Assembly (NCBI GenBank): GCA_002269645.1
Contig: NIVC01000975.1
Coordinates: 186,001 to 250,000 of the forward strand
DNA length: 64,000 bases
Direction of reading: 5' to 3'
Source: Macrostomum lignano
Lineage: Eukaryota
Shown piece after piece: positions 24,083 through 39,879 of the stretch (the stretch's first letter is position 1; the number at the start of each line of letters is the position of its first letter). Below the pieces are notes generated by a model. The model was not told where the DNA came from. It did not search any database and saw only the letters and a program-made list of their open reading frames with translations. The position numbers were made by a program, and so were the translations under genes.

Positions 24083-25017
24083 GCGTCTCTTATGCACCAC
24101 GGTCAAGGCAGGCGGTGGCAAGGCACATCCGTGAGTGGCTAGCTTACTGCAAGCAGACCCGCTGCAGTCCTGTATCCTGTCCGCTGAACAGCCTGCTCGA
24201 CTACCTGGCCAGCCTAGTCGGGACGCGTTTGCGTGCGTACGGCAGCGTTGCTTCTGTCGCCAGCTTGCTGTCCGTTTGGTTTCGCGTCAACTCTGCACCA
24301 GACCTGACGAAGCATGCCGCCACGACTCTCCTCCTGCGAGGCGCCAAGCGAGAGCTGGGACTTCGGGTGTCGAGAAAACGACCAGTATCGCCGCTCATGT
24401 TGTCGGAGATTCATCAGCGAGTCAGTCGTTCTGACGGGCTTCAGCTGGCATGCTGGGCAGTCGCCATCTGCTGTTGGTGGGGCATGCTCCGAAAATCCAG
24501 CGTGCTGCCGACTTCGGGAAAAGGTCCGGCACGTGTGCGCTGCGCTGACATCTTTCGACACCCGCGAGGTCTGATCTTGCGCCTGGAGCAAGGGAAGACT
24601 CTCCAGTTCAAAGAGCGGGTGCACCAGGTGCTTCTACCAAGGCTAGTGAGGCGGACGTCGCTGTGCCCGGTGTTAGCAATCGAGCAGCACGCAAGATTCA
24701 ATAATCTGCAATCGGCTGATGCGCCTCTGTTCACTTATCGCGACGCCGGAGGCAACCAGAGGCTGCTGACAGGCAGGCAGCTCGATCGCTTCCTAGCGGA
24801 CAAGCTAGGGGCTGCGGGCTTCAGGCGTGAGCACTTCTCAGCCCACAGCCTCCGCCGTGGCGGCGCGACCTGGGCCTCGGTGTTGGGTGTGCCGGTGCCC
24901 GACATCATGCGGATCGGTGACTGGAAGAGCGACTCAGTGCAGCGGTATCTCCCGCAGTCGCAGCAGGGCTTGGCAGCTTCCGTCGTGTTTGCTAGAGGTG
25001 TTGGATCCCTCGTTTGA
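23932..25017 (+). CDS. Tyrosine recombinase of the YR element (frame open from 23932; no ATG before the conserved region)
   Basis: SAM-like N-terminal region, then GMLRKS, GKT, HSLRRGGATW and IG.WKSD...RY catalytic motifs. Confidence 0.92.
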   Translation, partial: FFISLLWQLVPVCFAINASTCFLPCLCPLSSFSGRPAAPDSLSRRAASLLGVSYAPRSRQAVARHIREWLAYCKQTRCSPVSCPLNSLLDYLASLVGTRLRAYGSVASVASLLSVWFRVNSAPDLTKHAATTLLLRGAKRELGLRVSRKRPVSPLMLSEIHQRVSRSDGLQLACWAVAICCWWGMLRKSSVLPTSGKGPARVRCADIFRHPRGLILRLEQGKTLQFKERVHQVLLPRLVRRTSLCPVLAIEQHARFNNLQSADAPLFTYRDAGGNQRLLTGRQLDRFLADKLGAAGFRREHFSAHSLRRGGATWASVLGVPVPDIMRIGDWKSDSVQRYLPQSQQGLAASVVFARGVGSLV

Positions 25018-25777
25018 CGTTGGCATCAGCTTTTCGATGTTCCGTTTCCTTCAATTTTTTTCTTTCGCGCGCTTTCCCGTTGTTGTTTCGGCTTTGGAGG
25101 CCTCGTTACTGCTTTCGCTTTCGCCAACATCGCGTATTCGTGTTTTGCTTTGGGGCACTAAGGCTGCGGTTTGCGCTAGGCTTGCCTTGAGCAAACCGGC
25201 TTTAGTGCCCAAGCGCGCTGCGTCTGTGGTGCGCCCCCCCCGCCGCGTGTGTACGTTCTGTGTTGTTTAGGTGGGCGCCCACCCCTCCGCCGGCGGGGGG
25301 GGGGTATTTTACTCCAGCCGCGCTGCTGAGTTGGCAGTGTTTTCGCGCAGTTTTTTTTTCCTCTTCTTTTATCCTTATTCTTTTAATCAATAAAATATAA
25401 ATAAAGAGGCCTCGTTACTGCTTTCGCTTTCGCCAACATCGCGTATTCGTGTTTTGCTTTGGGGCACTAAGGCTGCGGTTTGCGCTAGGCTTGCCTTGAG
25501 CAAACCGGCTTTAGTGCCCAAGCGCGCTGCGTCTGTGGTGCGCCCCCCCCGCCGCGTGTGTACGTTCTGTGTTGTTTAGGTGGGCGCCCACCCCTCCGCC
25601 GGCGGGGGGGGGTATTTTACTCCAGCCGCGCTGCTGAGTTGGCAGTGTTTTCGCGCAGTTTTTTTTCCTCTTCTTTTATCCTTATTCTTTTAATCAATAA
25701 AATATAAATAAAGAGGCCTCGTTACTGCTTTCGCTTTCGCCAACATCGCGTATTCGTGTTTTGCTTTGGGGCACTAA

Positions 25778-26330
25778 ACTGCGCTATCCTGTATGATTTG
25801 ACGAAGGACGTTGTCTGGACTTGGACGCCAGAACACCAGAGTGCAGTGAAGCAACTGAAGCAGGACATCATATCGAGACACTTGCTGACTCCGTATGATC
25901 CAACTGAAGAGCTGTTCCTGACCACTGATGAGTCGTCCTAACGGCATTGGAGGAGAGTTGAAACAAAAGTGCCACTCGGAGAAAAGCAGATCCAAGATGG
26001 TTTCAGTCGATTGCGATCATGCAAAGATGTGCCAGAGTCGTATCGACAACTTCAGAGTAGACTGAGCTGCACTGAGAATCTCCTGCTACTGGATCACCGG
26101 AGTCTTTCCTGCTAAGCTGCAAGCATTGGTCACAGGCCGGAGAACAATCGTGGGTCTGATGATGCTTCGTGACATTATCAGACAGAGCACAGCGAGCGAC
26201 GGACAATCATCTCGAAGACAACGAGCAAATCAAACCCTTAAGAGCGACAGCACTGAGCACAGATATCCAGTGCGGACAATAGGACTGGTATTGATTGCTT
26301 TGTACCGGTTTTGAATACATCCAGGGGTAG
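25778..26330 (+). mobile_element. Decayed Ty3/Gypsy pol remnant, right part
   Basis: NCAILYDLTKDVVWTWTPEHQSAVKQLKQDII..LLTPYDPTEELFLTTDES matches the RT-RNaseH connection of Gypsy pol; later RYPVR-like C-terminus. Confidence 0.7.
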
Positions 26331-27078
26331 GAAGCGACCCTGCAAACAGTAGGAGTGCGGCATGGACACTTGAAGATGAACTCCGCAGAAAACTACTGCA
26401 GCTGAAACATTCAACCAACCAACTTGCTCAACTGACTACATATTCGCTGACAGAGGCCCTATAAGCTGAGAAAATGCCTGTTGTGACAACTGTTACGTTC
26501 AACAGTTTACGTGGCCGATTAAAGTCAATATGAAAGCAAAAAAACAAACATCAGACAAATACTTAGACAAACTAAAAAACAAAAAACAAGTAAAGTTGAC
26601 AACGCCACCGGTGAAACTTAAATTGCAGGGGAAAAACAAGTTTTGGGATAAAATGTAAGCCATGCAGTTACCTGCTTGCAGCTGCACTTAAGACTGTAAA
26701 CTGCGAACTGTGAAACGACCAAATTTCATCGTGCATAAAAAACGCTTCATCTACACGAAAGTTAAACAGAAGTTAAAAGACGTCGAATGTTTGCTAAGGA
26801 AGAGAGGGCTGAGTACTTCTACAGGGGTAATGAGATGGCTAGAAAACAACAATAAAAGTACAGTGCAGTATAGTATATGCCATGACTATGTGTGCTGTCA
26901 CAAACTGGCCGTTGGATTAGCTTCCGAATGCATTACTCTAGGATAATTTACCGAAGATCATTATTTAAAAAGACAAACAGCGACACAGTAAGAACAGAGT
27001 GACTGTTCACGTGGGCAATGACGGAGCGCGGCAAAGTTGAATATTCGCTACACCATGTGCTGCTGGTAGTGCCTTTTA

Positions 27079-31942
<4,864 letters not shown>

Positions 31943-33439
31943 CCTACTAAGTCTGCTGCTGTCGCTGAATCTTGTGCCGCACACCTTGCATTTAAATGGC
32001 TTTTCTCCTGAGTGCAGCCTTAAGTGCTTAGTGAGGTTGCTACTGTCACTGAATCTCTTGCCGCACACCTTGCACTGAAATGGCTTTTCTCCTGTGTGCA
32101 GCCTTGAGTGCCTACTAAGTCTGCTGCTGTCGCTGAATCTTGTGCCGCACACCTTGCATTTAAATGGCTTTTCTCCTGTGTGCAGCCTTGAGTGCTTAGT
32201 GAGGTTGCTACTGTCACTGAATCTTGTGCCGCACACCTTGCACTGAAATGGCTTTTCTCCTGTGTGCAGCCTTGAGTGCCTACTAAGTCTGCTGCTGTCG
32301 CTGAATCTTGTGCCGCACACCTTGCATTTAAATGGCTTTTCTCCTGTGTGCAGCCTTGAGTGCCTACTGAGATTGCTGCTGACACTGAATCTCTTTCCGC
32401 ACACCTCGCACTCAAATGGCCTCTTTCCAGTGTGAGACCGGATGTGCACGTGCAGATGAGATGTCGCTGAGAAGGACTTGCCACATCGCTTGCACTCGTG
32501 CACTTTCTTCTTTGTGTGCACTGCACTAATGTGAGCTTTGAGGTGGCTCTTGCTGGAGAACTTCTTCTGGCAAGTGTCGCACTGGAATGGCCTCTGGACA
32601 CCCTGAGCCCGACGGTGCCGTGTTGCAGCACTCTTTGTAGCTCGGGTCTTCCCGACTGACTCGCAGTCGTGACGCTTCGTCACTGCACGACTGCCGTCTG
32701 CACACGGCTGCATCGCTGACTCATTGCGAGACGCGACCTGCTCGACCGCCGCCGCTCTGCCAGCTTCTGAGTTGGTCGCAGCCGCCTCCTCTGGCTCCGA
32801 GTCGCAGCCCATTCCGTGTGACCGCACATGACGCAAGTACTGCGCCACTGCCACTCGGGTGCGGCAGAACCGCCTGGGACAAAAGGGGCAGGCGACAGAG
32901 CCCCGGCGCATCTCTGAGAAACTGTGGGGCTGCGATCCGTGCTGAGATGCCGATGCTCGAAGACCGTCACTGCCTGAGCTGCAATGCGGAGCGGTAGACT
33001 TAATTACTTGTGATCATCTGGGTTTGAAAGTCATCTAAAAGCATTGAACAATATTTTCTGAATTTGAAAAGCTTTAGAGGATAGCTGAGTCATATTAACA
33101 AATAATGCGACCAATTTTACTCATTTTATGAACGTGATGGAAATATTGTTGAATATCGAAGCTGCCATATGGATGAAGGTGAAAAATATGGATCTGCCGT
33201 TTTAAGCCGTCTTTAAATGATTAGGTGTGAAGGAAGAGAAGGCCGACAAACTCTCACCCAATACCCACTTTTTTAGGGGTCTCATTGGGGAAGCAGTGTA
33301 TGACAAATTAAAATACGGAACTTGGTCGATGCGGCGAAGCCAGAAGACAAGACACTCGAGAAACTCAAGGATGAAAGTAAAAGCTTGTCACCTCGCAACA
33401 AAACCTATTCTGAGGGAAGGCTACTAATACAAGTACTGC

Positions 33440-34680
33440 GTTCTAAAGCAAGACAGATCTGGACGGCAAATTTTGAGCTCCGTGAGTTCGGTTCGTAGCC
33501 GGTCTGCGCAATGCGTCGTGTTAAAAGAATTTAATAAGAATATTAAAGACCCATTGACATTTGACCTGACGGTGAGACTGCTGCCAAGCAAGAGCACGTC
33601 AGTAAGAGTGCCTTGCTCTCAAATAGAAAGGTGAAAGCAGATAGTACAACAAAGGGCAGAATACGACATCAAAGCAGTGTTCAAAGCCAGGGGTGCATTT
33701 CGGGCCTGCCTAGTGCTCAGGCGAGACCAAATTTCTTTGTACATCCACCTTTCGTACAGTACGTACAATTCATGCACTTCGGTATAGCCAACTTGAACGA
33801 GAAGCTCATGAGTGCTGTGGTGCTTAAAAATAACGCATGGATCAAACCCGAAGTTTAAACATCAAATAAAGCAAGTGTCAGACGGAGTAAAGCAGATCCA
33901 AGACGGGTTTCAGTCCATTGCGATCATGTGAAGATGTACCAGAGTCGTATCGACGACTGCAGAGGAGACTGCGCTGCATTGAGAATTCACTGCTACTGGA
34001 TCATCGAATATTCATTCCTGGGGAAGCCGCGAGCACTGGTGATGTGGTTTCTACACGACCCTCATTCAGGATTACAAGTAATAAAGGCATGGGCGCGGCA
34101 TTATATTTGCTTGTCGAATATCGAAGCCGAGATAGATAAATGCGTGGCGGAGAGTGTTTCATATTTTAAAGCATGAGACCTCAGAAATAGATGCTTAGAA
34201 CAACGGCCAATAACAAAGGGACCATGGTGCCAGGTGCCTGCTGATCTTGGCCAATTAGAGGCAAAAAACTTTCTAGTGATTTCAAATGCTCGCACATGTT
34301 TATTTGCACCAAATGAATCCGTGACATCGACGCAGCGGTTGCTGTCAGAGTTTAGAGAGAGTTGTGCAATCTGACCATCCCGGAAGTACTTGACAATGGA
34401 CCTCAGTTGGTTGCTAAAGAGATAGCAGTGGAGAGAAGGAGCCCTACAAGAAGCTGTGACTGAACAGCTACGGCGAGTCCAAGATCACCAAGGTCGAGAT
34501 CTGATCGAGGCCATATCAGAGACGGAGCTCAGTGATCGACGAACTACCATCTCGGAGACGAGCAAACAAGCCATTAAGAGCGAAAGTACTGAGCGCAAAT
34601 ACCCAGTGAGGACAACGGGACAGGTATTGATTGCTTTGTCCCGATTTTGAATACCGCCACGGGCAAGTAGCGACCGAGCA
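33440..34680 (+). mobile_element. Second decayed Gypsy remnant, paralogous to 20119-26330
   Basis: Shared blocks (CATTGACATTT..GAGACTGCT, GACATCAAAGCAGT, GTTTCAGTC..TTGCGATCATG, ..YPVRT..VLIAL) in the same order. Confidence 0.6.
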
Positions 34681-35863
34681 GTCAGTAAAAGTGCATAATA
34701 TACACATGAAGATGAACTCCATAGAAAACTGCTGCAGCTGATACACTTGTTGTATATGCGCTAAATTGACTGTAAGCGTATACGACGTACGTTATTCATC
34801 AATTCATTTGTGTTATGCATTACAGTGCTCAAGTCTATGTGCTTGACTTGAGTGCTCCTAATAAGCCGTGACTAAAAGAGAAAAAAATAACAAGTCGCGG
34901 CTGCAGGATAAAATATAAAGTACGCTGGTAACTCGCTTCAATTAAGCATCACGGACTTCCACTTTGATGTCGTCGATCTAGATGAGTCTATCGAGACTGG
35001 ATTTATAGTCATAGAAGAAGCAGAAGACATATCAACACTTAACCAACTGGATCAACTGAAGCTGAATATTCACTGACTGAGGCCCTGAGAGCTGAGCAAA
35101 CTGCCTATGACAACAGCTGCATTCAACAGTTTGCGTGGCCTATTAAAGTCAATATCAAAACAATCAACACATCAAGAAAAACATTTAAACAAATCAATTA
35201 TTAAAACAATGCAACCGGTGTAATTAAAAAATTAAAGAAGAAAATAAAGTTTAAGAAGAAATTAAAGCCATTCATTTAGCTGCTTGCAGCTGAACTTCAG
35301 TCTGAGGAAACTCAACAAAAACGACCAAATTTCATTATGCATAAACTAATAACGCTTCATGACACGAAAATTGAATAGAAGTTAGAAGAATTCGAACGAG
35401 TAGGGAAATAAGTGCTGAGTACTCCTACAGTAGTAACGAGACAAGTGGGAAAACAACTGGAAGCCTTTGGCAGCACCAAAAATGAAAAACTGGTCTAGCA
35501 GTAGAGTACACTAAAATTGACGACCCACTGGCAATTAAGTGCTGTCACTAGCTGGGCATTGCATTAGCTGCATTAGCATTAGCTTAGGAGAAATCAACGA
35601 AAAAGATTAATAAAAACGAAAAATGCTGTTAAGCGATTGCGAGCCACTGACGCTTGGCGTACGCTAAGAATCAATATCGATTGTGTTTATCGGCAATTAC
35701 GGAGAGCAGCTAAACTGAATATTCGCTAAACAATGTGCCTTTGCTCGAAGTGCCTTTTCAGATTTGTGATTTGATTAAATCTCTTGCCACACACCCTGCA
35801 CTCAACTGGCCTTTTTTCTGTGTGCAGCCATAGGTGTGCAATGAGGTTTCCGTTGACACTGAA

Positions 35864-37141
35864 TTACTTGCCGCATACTTTGCTCTCAAATGGCTTTTCT
35901 CCTGTGTGCACCCTTGAGTGCCTAGTGAGGCTGCTTCTGTCACTGAATCTCTTGAAGCATACTTTGCATTCAAACGGCTTTTCTCCTGTGTGCACCCTTG
36001 AGTGCCTAGTGAGGCTGCTTCTGTCACTGAATCTCTTGAAGCATACTTTGCATTCAAACGGCTTTTCTCCTGTGTGCACCCTTGAGTGCCTAGTGAGGCT
36101 GCTTCTGTCACTGAATCTCTTGAAGCATACTTTGCATTCAAACGGCTTTTCTCCTGTGTGCACCCTTGAGTGCCTAGTGAGGCTGCTTCTGTCACTGAAT
36201 CTCTTGCCGCATACTTTGCACTCAAACGGCTTTTCTCCTGTGTGCAGCCTTGAGTGCGTAGTAATATTACTGCTGATACTGAATCTCTTGCCGCACACCT
36301 TGCACTCATATGGCTTTTCTCCAGTGTGCAGCCTTAAGTGTACAATGAGGTGTCCGTTGGAACTGAATTTCTTGCTGCACACCTTGCACTCAAATGGCTT
36401 TTCTCCTATGTGCAACCTTGAGTGCCTAGTAAGACTGCTGCTGACACTGAATGTTGTGCCGCACACCTCGCACTCAAATGGCTTTTCTCCTGTGTGCAGC
36501 CTTGAGTGCTTAGTGAGGCTGCTTCTGTCACTGAATCTCTTGCCGCACACCTTGCACTCAAACGGCTTTTCTCCTGTGTGCAGCCTTAAGTGCGTAGTAA
36601 GATTGCTGCTGACACTGAATCTCTTGCCGCACACATTGCATTCAAACGGCCTCTCTCCAGTGTGAGACCGGATGTGCACGTGTAGATGAGACGCCTTTGC
36701 GAAGGACTTCCCACACCATTTGCACTTGTGTGGTTTCTCCTTTATGTGCACTGCACTCATGTGAGCTTTGAGATGGCTTTTTCTCGAGAATTTCTTCTGG
36801 CAAGTGTCGCACTGGAATGGCCTCTGGACACCCTGAGCACGACGGTGCCGTGTTGCAGCACTCTTTGTAGCTCGGGTCTTCCCGAATGGCTCGCACTCGT
36901 GACGCTTCGTCACTGCATGACTGCCGGCTGCACACGGCTGCATCGCTGACTCATTGCGAGACGCGACCTGCTCGACCGCCGCCGCTCTGCCAGCTTCTGA
37001 GTTGGTCGCAGCCGCCTCCTCTGGCTCCGAGTCGCAGACCATTCCATGTGACCGCACATGACGCAAGTACTGCGCCACTGCCGCTCGGGTGCGGCAGAAC
37101 CGCCTGGGACAAAAGGGGCAGGCGACAGAGCCCCGGCGCAT
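35864..37141 (-). CDS. C2H2 zinc-finger protein ZNF-3 (425 aa, 11 complete fingers; degenerate fingers continue to 35726 past an in-frame TAA)
   Basis: Intact [15 protein letters not shown]... with TGEKPF linkers. Confidence 0.88.
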   Translation of the reverse strand: MRRGSVACPFCPRRFCRTRAAVAQYLRHVRSHGMVCDSEPEEAAATNSEAGRAAAVEQVASRNESAMQPCAAGSHAVTKRHECEPFGKTRATKSAATRHRRAQGVQRPFQCDTCQKKFSRKSHLKAHMSAVHIKEKPHKCKWCGKSFAKASHLHVHIRSHTGERPFECNVCGKRFSVSSNLTTHLRLHTGEKPFECKVCGKRFSDRSSLTKHSRLHTGEKPFECEVCGTTFSVSSSLTRHSRLHIGEKPFECKVCSKKFSSNGHLIVHLRLHTGEKPYECKVCGKRFSISSNITTHSRLHTGEKPFECKVCGKRFSDRSSLTRHSRVHTGEKPFECKVCFKRFSDRSSLTRHSRVHTGEKPFECKVCFKRFSDRSSLTRHSRVHTGEKPFECKVCFKRFSDRSSLTRHSRVHTGEKPFESKVCGK

Positions 37142-38801
37142 CTCTGAGAAACTGTGGGGCTGCGATCCGTGCTGAGATGCCGATGCTCGAAGCCGGTCTG
37201 TGCCTGAGCTGCAATGCGGAGTAGTAGGGACTTAATTACTTTGTAATCAGAGATTTAATGATATTGGAATTCGTAAGGAAAAATAGATTTATCCCACATT
37301 TACCGGTAAAACTAAGACTTACGTAGACACGGGGCAAAGTGCAGATCTGTGGAACGCCATTTGTAACTGGGTGTGTCATGGAATCTGTACTGGTAAATAC
37401 CTGGCTTGAAGTTTTGCCTCTTCGCCTCTGACTACATACTCTCTATGACATGAATGATATCTGGTCTAAACTTAGGTCTGTAAGTCTTTTAAAGTAAAAT
37501 TTAAAATAATGCACCATGTCAAATGCACTTTGAAATGAATCAATTGGACATGGTATATAAGTCAAAGAGAGGAAATTTGGGATTATGGTGGTTAGGGTGA
37601 GTGATATGGTGGGTACGGTGAGTCTAACCAGTCAGGGTGGTTAGCGTGGGAGATCAAGAAGATTAGTAAAAATAAGCGGGACACCAGTTTGAAATCAAGG
37701 AGTGTAATTTATGACAAGCACATTAATGTTATAAATGCAGACAGAACATTTGTCCATGTGCCGGGATTTTTTTCAATGTCTTCAACAGACGGAATGGGTG
37801 CAGTGTGCTCAAAGGCGGTCATGCTCAACAAGCCAACTCAAACGGGCAGAGATTCGGCCTACAACCATGCAGTTAGCTGTGCTCAGTCCTAAACTGCAGG
37901 ATTGGAATAACACAACTTGAGTAGCTAAATGCCATGCAGACTGCCAGAGAAGGTGAGCTGTCAGCAGCACTAGCGAGCTGGCAGCCATGAAAATCTGCAT
38001 TGAAGCGGCAGCACAGCTGAAGCATCGCGTGGCTGGCAAAATGCCTTGCGGAGAAGCTCAGTGCGGGAAACACCTCAATGCGAAGCCTCAGAAGAAAACT
38101 GCTGCAGCTGAAACACTCGACCAACTTGATCTGCTGACTGAATACCCGCTGGCTGAGGCCCTGAGAGCTGAGCAACTGCCAATGCATTGCAATGCAATGC
38201 AATGCAGCTGCATTGAACACCCTATGTGGTCTATTAAAGTCAACATTAAAAGAATCAACACCACAAGACAAACATTTAAACTAACGAATTAGTAAAGTTG
38301 TATTAATAAATCAAATCAAACCATTCATAAGTAACAACAAATTGTATTAGTTAGTGGTATTAGTAACAACAAAAAAGTTCGCAGTGCCAAGAATATTAAA
38401 AACTTTAAAACCTTAAAAACAGGCAGTGAAAGTTGAGCAACGACCAAATTGCATTATGCAGACAATAAAAATGCTTCATTACACAAAGGTTAAACTAAAG
38501 TTTAGACACCTAATAACAAGAAGCATTGAGAATAGGAGTGCTGAGCACAACTACAGCAGGTAAGCAGATGAGAGGTAAACAACAATTGGGGACATTTGGC
38601 AGCAACAAGAAGTAAAAATCCGGTCTGCTCTCAGTAACTGGCCATTCGGTGCTGACATTGGATTAGTTTCCGTATGCATTACTTAAGAGAACAGCATGAA
38701 GATCATTAAGTCAAAAAACTGTTAAGTAATTAAAAGTTTACTGCAGTCCAGGATTGGTTGTCTGCATTTGCAATCAAGGAGAGCGAAGTGCTGAATATTC
38801 G

Positions 38802-39879
38802 CTAGACAATGTGCTGCTTGGAGTGCCTTTTCAGATTGCTGCTGCGACTGAATCGCTTGCCGCATATTTTGCACTCATATGGCTTTTCTCCTGTGTGCAC
38901 CCTAGAGTGCCTAGTGAGGCTGCTGTTTTCATTGAATCTCTTGCCGCACACCTTGCACTCAAATGGCTTTTCTCCTGTGTGCAGTCTTAGGTGGGTAGTG
39001 AGGTTGCCGTTGACACTGAATCTCTTGCCGCACACTTTGCACTCAAATGGCTTTTCTCCTGTGTGCAGTCTTAGGTGGGTAGTGGAGGTTGCTGCTGACA
39101 CTGAATCTCTTGCCGCACACTTTGCACTCATATGGAGTTTCCCCTGTGTGCAGTCTTGAGTGCCTTGTAAGGCTGCTGTCTTCATTGAATCTCTTGCCGC
39201 ACACCTTGCACTCAAATGGCTTTTCTCCTGTGTGCACCCTGGAATGCGTAGTGAGGTTGCCGTTGGCACTGAATCTCTTGCCGCACACTTTGCACTCAAA
39301 TGGCTTTTCTCCTGTGTGCACCCTGGAATGCTTAGTGAGGTTGCCGTTGGCACTGAATCTCTTGCCGCACACCTTGCACTCAAACGGCCTCTCACCAGTG
39401 TGAGACCGAATGTGCACGTACAGATGAGATGCATTTAAGAAAGACTTCCCACACCGCTTGCACTCGTGCGGTTTTTCCTTCTCGTGAAACGCACTAATGT
39501 GAGCTTTGAGGTGGCTCTTGCTGGAGAACTTCTTCTGGCAAGTGTCGCACTGGATCGGCCTCTGGACACCCTGAGATCGACGGTGCCGTGTTGCAGCACT
39601 CTTTGTAGCTCGGGTCTTTCCGACTGACTCGCAGTCGTGACGCTTCGTCACTGCACGACTGCCGTCTGCACACGGCTGCATCGCTGACTCATTGCGAGAT
39701 GCGACCTGCTCGACCGCCGCCGCTCTGACAGCTTCTGAGTTGGTCGCAGCCGCCTCCTCTGGCTCCGAGTCGCAGCCCATTCCGTGTGACCGCACATGAC
39801 GCAAGTACTGCGCCACTGCCGCTCGGGTGCGGCAGAACCGCCTGGGACAAAAGGGGCAGGCGACAGAGCCCCGGCGCAT
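38802..39879 (-). pseudogene. C2H2 zinc-finger gene ZNF-4 (9 fingers) with a +1 frameshift in finger 6 (~39084)
   Basis: Two overlapping ORFs, each carrying fingers. AACCTCCACTACC versus AACCTCACTACC in intact fingers. May yield a truncated 5-finger protein. Confidence 0.85.

Larger units (their letters stand above)
21116..25777 (+). mobile_element. Tyrosine-recombinase retrotransposon (Ngaro/DIRS group) with split direct repeats A-[gag,RT/RH,YR]-B-A-B-A-B
   Basis: A1 ~21116-21300; B1 25097-25161; A2 25162-25405; B2 25406-25470; A3 25471-25712; B3 25713-25777. Three intact internal ORFs. Confidence 0.92.

Noticed and set aside
35784-36665. 293-aa plus-strand ORF ([12 protein letters not shown] repeats) and similar ORFs at 38809, 39089, 42681, 43423
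   Set aside because: The well-known antisense mirror of C2H2 finger arrays.
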